Assembly (NCBI GenBank): GCA_945900755.1
Contig: CAMDKS010000003.1
Span: 17,031 to 81,030, forward strand
Length of the DNA: 64,000 nucleotides
Direction of reading: 5' to 3'
From: Bdellovibrio sp. ZAP7
GTDB taxonomy: Bacteria; Bdellovibrionota_B; Oligoflexia; Oligoflexales; RGVZ01
In this document: in pieces, positions 56,188 through 64,000 of the stretch
Layout: each line of letters opens with the position of its first letter
How positions within the stretch are numbered: the stretch's first letter is position 1
Translations under genes and position numbers: made by a program
The notes under the pieces: model-generated
What the model was told of the DNA's origin: nothing
The model's database searches: none
What the model saw: the letters and a program-made list of their open reading frames with translations, nothing else

Positions 56188-57108
56188 TTACGAAAGTTGG
56201 TCTCGGTGCAATTTGCTACTGGACGCCTGCCCACCTAAGCCCCCTACGTCGACTCCCTCGTTGGCGAGCCCTAGGCTCAGCCATGTCTTATAGAGGCGAG
56301 CAACGTGATGAAAAACCGCCTGACCTCGAAGCGAATGAAGGCGATGCCTCCCAATTTGGGTCACAGGGATCAATCCACTAACACTAGAGGTCAAGAACCC
56401 TTCATCAAAACCAGGAATTTCATCCTGAGAAATAAGTCGTTCAGTTACCGGAATCTTAGCCGAATTTAAAAGCTCCATCACTCTTTGACGAGTGATGCCG
56501 GCCAGTATTCCTGAAGATTGCGGAGGAGTCGCAATTTCTACCAAATCTCCCGTTCGGCCAATCAAAAATACATTGGATGAGGTGGCTTCTGCGATCTCTC
56601 CGTCACCATTAGCCCACAGCACATCATCAAAGCCTGAGTCTTTAGCCTGTTCCAATTGGAGACCTCTTTGGCCGAGAATTCCGGTCTTAACGAGTCCTCC
56701 GCGCGGCCACGCCTTGTCGTTGACTAACGACAGCTTGACGCCTTGCGCCTGCCTCTGCTCAATCGCAAGGGCTTGCTCAGAGGCCACTGAAATCATGTGG
56801 TGTTGCAATCCAGATTTATCTTTGAAGATTATGACCCGAATTCGGCAAAGCTCTGGTGCCTTAAGTTTTTGAATCATAGATTCAATTTCGAATTTTAAAT
56901 GTTCTATTTTCGGTAACGCACTTAGATTCATAGCCTCGGCATGTGCTGTAAGTCTCGCCATATGACGAGCAAAGTCGACAATCCAGGGACCCTGTGACTG
57001 CATCGTGGTGATGACGCGAGTGCCATTAAAAAAACCTGCCTCACTAATCAAAGCCCAGTCGACAGCCTTAGATTCCTGACCATCCATCGCATATAGCACC
57101 ATGCTCAT
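56188..57108 (-). CDS. class IV (fold-type IV) aminotransferase / aminodeoxychorismate-lyase-like enzyme
   Basis: EATSSNVFLI...TPP...ILAGITR pattern. Confidence 0.7.
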   Translation of the reverse strand: MSMVLYAMDGQESKAVDWALISEAGFFNGTRVITTMQSQGPWIVDFARHMARLTAHAEAMNLSALPKIEHLKFEIESMIQKLKAPELCRIRVIIFKDKSGLQHHMISVASEQALAIEQRQAQGVKLSLVNDKAWPRGGLVKTGILGQRGLQLEQAKDSGFDDVLWANGDGEIAEATSSNVFLIGRTGDLVEIATPPQSSGILAGITRQRVMELLNSAKIPVTERLISQDEIPGFDEGFLTSSVSGLIPVTQIGRHRLHSLRGQAVFHHVARLYKTWLSLGLANEGVDVGGLGGQASSSKLHRDQLS

Positions 57109-57151
57109 ATTTCCTTAATCGCAAATTCTTAATCTCGAATCCTAGCTCGCC

Positions 57152-57192
57152 GCAAAACAAAACGAGGCGGTCTTTTTACAGGCCACCTCGTT
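57152..57192 (-). terminator. rho-independent terminator after fliW
   Basis: On the minus strand: AACGAGGTGG...CCGCCTCGTT (10 bp, one G-U pair), followed by TTGTTTTG. Confidence 0.6.
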
Positions 57193-57217
57193 GATAAAAA
57201 TCACTACATATCAAACA

Positions 57218-57754
57218 TTAAGGCTTCTTGGTTGTTCCCGTTTTAACTTCTGATCCAGCCTTCTCAGCTTGAGCCTGAAGCACTGCTTCCTGAATCGTGG
57301 AAGCATCTTCGCCTGCTGTACGCTTACGAACTTCTTCCATGATATTATGGCGAGTCGTATACGTGCTGGCATTCAAAATGACTTGCTTGCCGCGACGATT
57401 TTTAAGATTAAAAATAAGGGGTGCCTTTAGATTTGCCGTCATGTTCTGAGGATTACTTGGAACAGTGACGATAACTGAAATCACGAGGTCTTCCTCGGTC
57501 AAAACTTCAAGCTCTGAAAGTTCTGCGTCGGTCACTTCTGCAACATACTCTGGATTGAAAAGTAGAGGATCAATCAGAACAAATGCAATCGCACCGTCCT
57601 CGATAGATTGAAACCATTTGAATGGGGAATCCTTATCGTGATCCAGAAGGACGTATTGTTTTAATTCAGGAAACCCGATTAGACCTGACGGTAGGTGAAT
57701 CACATCGCCTTCCGGAACTTCAATCTCGCCGAACCTTGTAGTCTTTACATTCAT
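57218..57754 (-). CDS. fliW: flagellar assembly factor FliW (CsrA antagonist)
   Basis: MNVKTTRFGEIEVPEGDVIHLPSGLIGFPELKQYVLL...PFKWFQS is the FliW N-terminal signature. Confidence 0.85.
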   Translation of the reverse strand: MNVKTTRFGEIEVPEGDVIHLPSGLIGFPELKQYVLLDHDKDSPFKWFQSIEDGAIAFVLIDPLLFNPEYVAEVTDAELSELEVLTEEDLVISVIVTVPSNPQNMTANLKAPLIFNLKNRRGKQVILNASTYTTRHNIMEEVRKRTAGEDASTIQEAVLQAQAEKAGSEVKTGTTKKP

Positions 57755-57809
57755 CAAGACACGACTCCTTTTTCACAACATGGTCATTAGCATTCACTAC
57801 CATCGACAC

Positions 57810-57837
57810 AGCTGGCACTTAATTCTTCCTACCAGCT
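57810..57837 (-). promoter_or_regulatory. GGA-in-loop hairpin in the fliW leader
   Basis: Minus strand AGCUGGUA-GGAAGAAUUAAG-UGCCAGCU, 55 nt upstream of the fliW ATG. A second GGA lies in the SD (AAAAAGGAG). Confidence 0.45.
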
Positions 57838-57967
57838 TAACTTTTTCACGTGCGATCAATTAAGACTTTGACGGTCACAATCATCTCATGGGCACTCGGA
57901 AAACTAGTATCTCTTTTATATATATATTAAGTCTAAGCCAGACAACCTGTAGAAAGCAAGCCCTTTG

Positions 57968-58011
57968 AAAAAAAATGCACATATTTCCTGTTTCCACCAG
58001 ATTTCCTGTGC
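57968..58011 (-). terminator. terminator-like hairpin after csrA, with three GGA motifs in its loop
   Basis: Minus strand GCACA-GGAAAUCUGGUGGAAACAGGAAAUA-UGUGC-A-UUUUUUUU, starting 3 nt after the csrA stop. Confidence 0.5.
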
Positions 58012-58013
58012 TT

Positions 58014-58316
58014 CTATTCATCGCCGTCATCCCCATCAGGCTTTGCTGGCCTTACAATCCGGCGCACAGCCGGCGGACGACTCTCATCGGGCCGTGAGAA
58101 GATTAAACCCGCTTCCGATACCGTCGCCGCGTCAGGCACCGAAGCAGCACGGTTCTCCTCCAAGATTCGCTGGTACACCTCCCCACGGTGCACTGAAATA
58201 TTCGCTTTGGCTTTAATGCCAAGGCGAACCTGTTTTCCTTTAATCTGCATCACGACAATGGTTATGTCGTCACCGATTGCAATTTCCTCACGCTCTTTTC
58301 TTGTTAGCACTAACAC
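58014..58316 (-). CDS. csrA: carbon storage regulator CsrA, with a C-terminal extension of about 40 aa
   Basis: (GTG)MLVLTRKEREEIAIGDDITIVVMQIKGKQVRLGIKAKANISVHRGEVYQRI is the canonical CsrA core. AAGGAGGG lies 7 nt upstream of the start. Confidence 0.9.
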   Translation of the reverse strand: MLVLTRKEREEIAIGDDITIVVMQIKGKQVRLGIKAKANISVHRGEVYQRILEENRAASVPDAATVSEAGLIFSRPDESRPPAVRRIVRPAKPDGDDGDE

Positions 58317-58364
58317 CTTAATACCCTCCTTGGTATCGCCCTATTATGCAGGGCCTCATACACG

Positions 58365-58381
58365 ATGCATTTCCAATGCAT
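58365..58381 (-). promoter_or_regulatory. GGA-in-loop hairpin in the csrA leader
   Basis: Minus strand AUGCAU-UGGAA-AUGCAU (perfect 6-bp stem), 48 nt upstream of the csrA start. Confidence 0.5.
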
Positions 58382-58477
58382 AATTATCCAAAAAACACAC
58401 CATCGACATCTTCCCAAACGACCTAGAAACCATATTTCACTAAATTCCTATAGACCCATCGCCCAATAAACTATCAG

Positions 58478-59377
58478 CTACTGTAAGAAGTTAAGCAGCG
58501 ACGGCTGCAGTACCTTATTTGAAGCCAAAAGAGTGCTCTGTAAAATCGCCTCAGTTTTCTTAAAGTCACTCATGACCTGAAAGGCATCGGCATCCTCAAT
58601 CTCGCTCAAGGTGACCTTGGTCGCCTCGGCATTGCGTGCCACTTGGGTTTGAGTATTATTAATAGAATTCCACATACCGCCGATGGTTGCCTGAAAGCCA
58701 ACTACTTTTTCCAAGTGAAACTCAAGCTCACTCATATCCTTTTGAATCTCCCCTTTGTCATTCTCCATCATGCCCTCGTACAAATTCTGGAGCGCATGCA
58801 CCATGTTGAAATGCCCCTGAGCACGATCATCTTCATCAGGCACAAATAGATTTCGAGCTGGGACATTGACCGGCTTAAATGTCCCAGGAGTCACTTGCAC
58901 GAATATTTTTCCATCATCACCAATAAAATTTCCATCTTCTGTTAAAGGTGGGGTCTCATTTCGGAAACCAGCAAAAACAAATTTTCCGTTATAATTTGCG
59001 TTTCCCGCCATTACAACCTGATCAATGATCTCACGAATCTCACGAGATGTAGCCATCCGACTTGACGCGTTGTTCGTGTCGTTGGCCATGGCGACCGCAA
59101 GCTCTTTTGCGCGAATTAAACTATCCGTAAGGCTAGTCAAAGCCTGTTCGGACGTATCCATATATCCCTTGCTCATGTCCATATTTTTGACGTTTTGGTC
59201 AGCATTACTTATCTCATCTCGATAACGAATGGTTCTAGTAAGCCCAACGGGATTGTCCGAGATTGTACGAATAGATTTTTGAGTCGACATATCGTCAAGC
59301 GAGCGTGCGTTATTAGACTTTGCCATTGAGACTTGCTCATTAACTTGTCGATAGCGCTGATTTTCCGCAACCCGCAT
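58478..59377 (-). CDS. flgL: flagellar hook-associated protein 3
   Basis: Flagellin-like N-terminus (MRVAENQRYRQV...) and C-terminus (...ILQSTLLASNKVLQPSLLNFL). Position after flgK. Confidence 0.8.
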   Translation of the reverse strand: MRVAENQRYRQVNEQVSMAKSNNARSLDDMSTQKSIRTISDNPVGLTRTIRYRDEISNADQNVKNMDMSKGYMDTSEQALTSLTDSLIRAKELAVAMANDTNNASSRMATSREIREIIDQVVMAGNANYNGKFVFAGFRNETPPLTEDGNFIGDDGKIFVQVTPGTFKPVNVPARNLFVPDEDDRAQGHFNMVHALQNLYEGMMENDKGEIQKDMSELEFHLEKVVGFQATIGGMWNSINNTQTQVARNAEATKVTLSEIEDADAFQVMSDFKKTEAILQSTLLASNKVLQPSLLNFLQ

Positions 59378-59389
59378 TTAGGTCTTCCC

Positions 59390-60817
59390 CTATCGTTTCA
59401 AATTCAAAACAGTATCTAACATCTCGTCAACTGTTGTAATCACTTTCGAGGATGCTGTAAAATTCGATTGCCACTTCATCAAGCTGACGGCTTCCTCATC
59501 AAGTGAAACACCAGCGACGGCCTCCCTTTGACTTTGAAGATCATTAACAACCATGTCATTGGACTCTTTTAAATGAGCCGTCCGATTAATTTCAATGCCG
59601 AGATTTCCGACATAATTTGCGTAAAATTCAATAAAATTAGAATTCCCGCCGTCCATCAATTTGTCGTTTTTCAAACCAAGTAATTGAGTCGCAACAATGT
59701 TGTCACCGGCCGCCATGGGAGTACCGGCGATAGAAATGGCTTCCACACTTTCAGTCACTTCATCAGATAAATCCATGTCCCTAGCTGCACCGGCCAATGA
59801 GGTCGAAGGCTTGAAAAAATTGCGCCCAATGGTCTCCTCAAAGCCCTTAATACCGTATCCCTGAGAATGGACTTCATTCACATGCCCGACAAACGTCGCA
59901 GCCATCTCATTATTTTTTGCGATAATGTCTGTACATATATTATCGCGGACATCAATAGTGCCTTTCAGTCGCCCACCTTCCAGTTGCCGCGTGACATTTC
60001 GTTTATGCAGACCATCAACATCCGTGACCAAAATATCTGCAAATCCGTCATTTTTTTCGCTATTCGACGCCCCAAACTGACTTAAATATCCCCGATCAAT
60101 CAGGATAATATCCGAAGGCCCGCGAACACAGAAATTTCCAAACTCATCTTCATAGCTATTGATGTGGACTTTTTCGGTCAACTCTCTCAGTAGCAAGTCT
60201 CGTTGATCTCGAAGATCATTGGCAAAGGCACCAGGGGTGATCTCTATCTCTTGAACCTGCAAATTCAGTTTTGCAATGCCCTGTAATTTTCCATTAATAT
60301 CAGAACACTCCTGAATGACAATGTCATTCATATCGGCCCGTCGTTGCCGCACTGCTGAATCAACACGTTTAAAAGCCCCAACTACGTTGCGACCATTCTC
60401 ACGCACCGAAGTACGAATTGCAGTATCGTTTGGGTTCAAACTGAGATCTTGAACCGCATTGAAAAAATTTGTGATCTCATCGCTAACACCAGCAGCAAGT
60501 TGAGGGCTAAAAATAGATTCTAGTGTTTTCAGACCTTCGTGCCGTCCTGTGGCTTCACCACTAATTTGGTGGGCACGATTGATCTGTTTCTCTACGAACT
60601 GATTGTGGCTTCGCGTAATATCTTTAATGTATGCGCCTGCACCGATGACTACACCGTGAGTCCATTGCGGATCCCGAGAACGCAGGTTAATACGTTGCCG
60701 GCTATATCCTTCCACGTTGGCATTGGCAATGTTATGCGACGCCGTATCGACTCCCTGACGGGTCGTATAGAGCGCTTGCTCACCAATATTCAGCGTATGG
60801 AATAATCCAGACCCCAT
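59390..60817 (-). CDS. flgK: flagellar hook-associated protein 1
   Basis: N-terminus GLFHTLNIGEQALYTTRQGVDTASHNIANANVEGYSRQR, and C-terminus ...VSLDEEAVSLMKWQSNFTASSKVITTVDEMLDTVLN. Confidence 0.85.
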   Translation of the reverse strand: MGSGLFHTLNIGEQALYTTRQGVDTASHNIANANVEGYSRQRINLRSRDPQWTHGVVIGAGAYIKDITRSHNQFVEKQINRAHQISGEATGRHEGLKTLESIFSPQLAAGVSDEITNFFNAVQDLSLNPNDTAIRTSVRENGRNVVGAFKRVDSAVRQRRADMNDIVIQECSDINGKLQGIAKLNLQVQEIEITPGAFANDLRDQRDLLLRELTEKVHINSYEDEFGNFCVRGPSDIILIDRGYLSQFGASNSEKNDGFADILVTDVDGLHKRNVTRQLEGGRLKGTIDVRDNICTDIIAKNNEMAATFVGHVNEVHSQGYGIKGFEETIGRNFFKPSTSLAGAARDMDLSDEVTESVEAISIAGTPMAAGDNIVATQLLGLKNDKLMDGGNSNFIEFYANYVGNLGIEINRTAHLKESNDMVVNDLQSQREAVAGVSLDEEAVSLMKWQSNFTASSKVITTVDEMLDTVLNLKR

Positions 60818-60821
60818 TAAC

Positions 60822-61427
60822 TCATGCCCTCACAATAATAGTGGACGCACCTGTGGCAATTTTATTCTGTGTACCTTGAGGAGAATAAGTGGCCTGCGCC
60901 TGCTCACACAACTCAAATAAAACACGAGTACTTTCTTGGTAGCTACGCACGATGCCACCGAGGGCAGAGCGATTCATTTCAATTTTGGGCTTAATCAAGA
61001 TTGACTGTGCTTTGAAGGCCGTAAATTCCTCGGTAAACCTAAGGATTTGACGTTCAAGCACATTAGATGCGAGATCCCCGTGCCGGTCGACAATGACTCG
61101 ATGGATTCCCTCAAGCATTTTAATGCAATTTGAGAGATCGCCAGGGTAAACGGCCGTTCCCTCACACTCTGCGTCGCCCCAAATAGTAAACACCTGCTGC
61201 GCCAATTGCTGAAGGTCATCAAAGGCTTCTGTTATAACTTCAGATAAATGTGTTTTTTCCTGACATAGAGCCTCAAGGCGCACTGTGTATGTATGCGAAT
61301 AAATCATGGCGTGCTCTTCGTCTATTAGACGAGGAAAATCCGCATAGGCTGCACGCATTTTGGCTACGGCAGTAATAAGCTTGTGTGTAATCTCAATGAG
61401 ATAGTTAAACCTTGAAGCCGTCATCAT
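60822..61427 (-). CDS. hypothetical protein in the FlgN (FlgK/FlgL chaperone) position
   Basis: Assignment is by synteny only (flgM - X - flgK - flgL). Helical composition. Confidence 0.4.
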   Translation of the reverse strand: MMTASRFNYLIEITHKLITAVAKMRAAYADFPRLIDEEHAMIYSHTYTVRLEALCQEKTHLSEVITEAFDDLQQLAQQVFTIWGDAECEGTAVYPGDLSNCIKMLEGIHRVIVDRHGDLASNVLERQILRFTEEFTAFKAQSILIKPKIEMNRSALGGIVRSYQESTRVLFELCEQAQATYSPQGTQNKIATGASTIIVRA

Positions 61428-61522
61428 TTTACACCTCCATCCATAAAAAACTTGCCAGATTCAGAGAAAAACCCCTTTGATTCAAGTCGACTCTTATTAG
61501 AGGACGGACATATTGTCAGTGA

Positions 61523-61894
61523 TCACAGATCCTTGCTTGTCGCCAAGTGCTCCATCATCGCCTCACGAAGCATGCCGTCTGCTATTTTTCCAGAATCTAC
61601 CTCGTATGTGCCTGCAGCAATTTTCGCCTTAATGGCAGCCACACGATCCTCACGCACGTCCGGAGTATTTTTAGCGATTTCAAATGCTTTTTTCTGGTCA
61701 ACAGCGCGCGATCGCGCGCGGTCACTTAACTCAACTCCATAATTCTTATTTGCGCTACCTACATTGGTCGCCGTTTGCGCTATAGAAATTGGATTACCAA
61801 TTTCTGGAATGACTGATCCTTTTGCGCCTTCGGAATCTTTGGTTTTTCCAATGCCAACATTCGATGTTGGGCTGCCGACATTTTTAATGGCCAT
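61523..61894 (-). CDS. flgM: anti-sigma-28 factor FlgM
   Basis: C-terminal REDRVAAIKAKIAAGTYEVDSGKIADGML matches the FlgM signature. Confidence 0.75.
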   Translation of the reverse strand: MAIKNVGSPTSNVGIGKTKDSEGAKGSVIPEIGNPISIAQTATNVGSANKNYGVELSDRARSRAVDQKKAFEIAKNTPDVREDRVAAIKAKIAAGTYEVDSGKIADGMLREAMMEHLATSKDL

Positions 61895-62373
61895 TACTCA
61901 ACTCCTCCCAATTTTTTAGCCTGCATTAATGCAGTTGATTTATCTAATTTCATTGTGACTGGTTTTTGTTCAGGCCGCAATGTTGTGCCCCCCACTCGCT
62001 CATAGTTTTGTGCGGCAGCTTTTCGTGCTGAAATGGGTGAAGACTCTGATTTTATACCCATTGTTTGTAAGAGTTGGCGTTCAATCATCTGTGCCAAGCC
62101 CCCCGTTCCCCCAGATGACATCTGCTTGGCGTACTCGGTATCCAACATAGATGTGTAGATTTCCTCGGCATTGCCACCGTCGATCAAGCCCGACTTTTGA
62201 ACCGAGGAACGCATGGAATGAAAAATTTGTTCCATAAAAATCGACTCAAAATCAGTCGATAATTTTTTGATCTTCGAGATGTCTTTTTCTCGAGACCCTC
62301 GCGACGTTAATTCGTCAACCTTGGACGACGCCGTTTGACTGAGTGAATTTAAAATTGTGGCTTTAACATCCAT
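61894..62373 (-). CDS. flgJ: rod-binding protein (FlgJ N-terminal domain only, no muramidase domain)
   Basis: DFESIFMEQIFHSMRSS rod-binding motif. 159 aa. Confidence 0.7.
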   Translation of the reverse strand: MDVKATILNSLSQTASSKVDELTSRGSREKDISKIKKLSTDFESIFMEQIFHSMRSSVQKSGLIDGGNAEEIYTSMLDTEYAKQMSSGGTGGLAQMIERQLLQTMGIKSESSPISARKAAAQNYERVGGTTLRPEQKPVTMKLDKSTALMQAKKLGGVE

Positions 62374-62454
62374 GTAAGCCTCCCCTGTTATTTTTGTCCT
62401 TCTCTTTCTCTTTTATCTACCAACATGCTCCCAGGGCCGGCGGCAGACGACTCA

Positions 62455-63507
62455 TTACATAAACTGCAATTCTCCCTGCAGCGCACCAGCAGATTGCAAA
62501 GCCTGCATCACACCAATTAAATCTGTTGGTTTCATGCCCATGGCGTTCAACCCCTCGATCAATTTTGAGACACTCGATCCACCTACTTTGACAATGGACG
62601 CACCATTCTTCTTGCCTCCGCCCCCAGATCCCCCAACACTAATGGTCAAATCACCGTGTGCGATCGTCACTGGCGATACCGCTACATCTCCACCCATTAC
62701 AATCGTTCCGGTACGTTCATTGATGATAACCACGGCCTTTTGATCCACGCCAACTTTGAGCCCCTCGACCTCCGCCATAAAGTCGACTGTCCTGCCCGCG
62801 TAAATGGGTGGGATATCCACTGAAATCGCATGTATGTCGACAGAATTTGCAAAGAATCCTTTAAAATGTTTATTGATGACTTCGACTAAACGGCGGTTAG
62901 TTGTAAAGTCGGGACGGATTAAACTCAAAGTGATCACTCCATCCTTATCAACCACAGGTACAAACTCACGTTCAACCGTTAAGCCGTTTGGAACATTAGC
63001 CACCGTTTGAACTTGTACACCTGTGCCACTAGCCTGCCCCACGACAACGGGACCCTGAGCCATACCGTAAACTTGAGTATCCTGACCTTTTAGGGCCGTG
63101 CTCATCAATATTCCACCAGACAATGCCTTTGCATCACCTAATGTCGACACACGAACAGTGGCCCGGTCGCCATTGCGCGAAAACGCCGCTAAATCGACGG
63201 TTACCATGACAAGGGCCGCATTGCCGCCCGTCACCTGTTGGTCAGTAACCTTTAGTCCCATTCGTTGCAGCATCGCGGCCGTTGCTTTATTTGTAGATAA
63301 CGAAGCCGCTGAATCGCCAGACTTGTTGAGACCGACCACAAGCCCCACGCCCATAAGTTGATTGGAGCGGACGCCCCGCACATTGACCAAGTCCTTAATG
63401 CGAACGTCTTGAGCTTGCGCCATGTTAGACAGACCAACGAGGGCACTTGCGATAAAAATTATCGCTGCGATTGAGAAATACTTCTTTTGTAAAATGAGCA
63501 TATGCAC
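62455..63507 (-). CDS. flgI: flagellar P-ring protein
   Basis: RIKDLVNVRGVRSNQLMGVGLVVGLNKSGD and C-terminal ...LNAMGMKPTDLIGVMQALQSAGALQGEL. Confidence 0.9.
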   Translation of the reverse strand: MHMLILQKKYFSIAAIIFIASALVGLSNMAQAQDVRIKDLVNVRGVRSNQLMGVGLVVGLNKSGDSAASLSTNKATAAMLQRMGLKVTDQQVTGGNAALVMVTVDLAAFSRNGDRATVRVSTLGDAKALSGGILMSTALKGQDTQVYGMAQGPVVVGQASGTGVQVQTVANVPNGLTVEREFVPVVDKDGVITLSLIRPDFTTNRRLVEVINKHFKGFFANSVDIHAISVDIPPIYAGRTVDFMAEVEGLKVGVDQKAVVIINERTGTIVMGGDVAVSPVTIAHGDLTISVGGSGGGGKKNGASIVKVGGSSVSKLIEGLNAMGMKPTDLIGVMQALQSAGALQGELQFM

Positions 63508-64000
63508 TATCCCTTCGCCGCTTTAGGCTTAGCCGGCTTTGCGTCAGCCTTTTTGGTTTCTTTTTTCTTTTCAGGTTCAGCCTTTTTGTCTGCTTTTGCG
63601 TCCGGCTTTTTAGCAGCAGTCTTAGCCGTCTTTTTGTCTGCTTTTGGATCGGCCGCTTTCGCATCTTCCGGTTTTTCTTTGCTATCGGATTTAGCATCTT
63701 TTGCTTTTGAATCCACAAGATCGGCATCCTTAGGCGGATCCTTAGGACTCAAGTCTTCAACTTTCTGCTTAAGACCTGCATTTTCGGCATTCAAGTCCTC
63801 AATTTTAGCATTGTCTTTTGCCTTCGCATCAAGGAGTCCCGCCCGTTCTGTGGTCATAATTTTTCGCTCACCGTCAAACGCTTTTAGCTCATTTTCAAGC
63901 TTGTCACGCACGATTTTGAGTTGCTCGCGTTTCTCTTCAAGCCCCGCTGCCAGTTTGCTCTTGGTCTCATCAAAGCCACTGATGCGAAGGCTGTACTCGT
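63507..64000 (-). CDS. coiled-coil protein with a Lys/Ala/Asp-rich tail (5' end outside the window)
   Basis: The reading frame stays open to the window edge. The tail reads ...KADKKTAKTAAKKPDAKADKKAEPEKKKETKKADAKPAKPKAAKG. Confidence 0.4.
   Translation of the reverse strand, partial: EYSLRISGFDETKSKLAAGLEEKREQLKIVRDKLENELKAFDGERKIMTTERAGLLDAKAKDNAKIEDLNAENAGLKQKVEDLSPKDPPKDADLVDSKAKDAKSDSKEKPEDAKAADPKADKKTAKTAAKKPDAKADKKAEPEKKKETKKADAKPAKPKAAKG

Noticed and set aside
61428-61522. Sigma-28 or sigma-54 promoter between flgM and the flgN-like gene (CTGGCAAGTTTTTTATGG).
   Set aside because: The -12 element lacks the conserved GC, and there is no TAAA-N15-GCCGATAA-like sigma-28 match. I cannot support a call from sequence alone.
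63425-63727. 100-aa Lys/Arg-rich minus-strand ORF.
   Set aside because: It is an alternative frame of the Lys/Ala-rich tail of the 63507..64000 gene and overlaps the flgI start. This is a compositional artefact of the A/G-rich repeat DNA.

Overview
This 64 kb window is a gene-dense chromosomal segment, mostly minus-strand, from a flagellated Gram-negative bacterium of moderate GC. The protein content looks Bdellovibrionota/Oligoflexia-like or deltaproteobacteria-like, but I cannot verify that without a database search.

Most of the window is housekeeping:
- Information processing: recQ (truncated at the window start), truA, gltX, prfA-prmC, rho, rimO, rsmI, tsaB, and several rRNA/tRNA methyltransferases.
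- Envelope and lipid genes: lnt, the uppS-cdsA-rseP-tsaB-pssA-asd block, and murG.
- Other: kup, a 1300-aa S8 protease, and two singleton tRNA-Val genes.
- A late flagellar block at the right edge: flgI, flgJ(N), flgM, flgN-like, flgK, flgL, csrA, fliW.

No CRISPR array, rRNA, transposase or integrase was seen.

The non-routine content is:
1. A translationally coupled three-gene operon carrying four FHA domains, wired to a periplasmic vWA-like domain and a periplasmic lytic transglycosylase.
2. An overlapping XPB-like helicase / Bax1-like (DUF790) nuclease / RecQ operon.
3. An 18-nt core sequence (TAATAAAGCGGTAGTACA) present four times. Every copy sits at the edge of an accessory islet: it brackets a HEPN-MNT cassette, lies next to tRNA-Val, and lies next to a DUF234-type ATPase.
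4. GGA-in-loop hairpins in the csrA leader, the csrA 3' end and the fliW leader, which suggest a self-contained CsrA/FliW circuit.
5. A Sel1-receiver protein with Glu in place of the phospho-acceptor Asp.
6. Several unexplained intergenic repeats and hairpins.

All functional calls come from motif recognition by eye. No searches were run.
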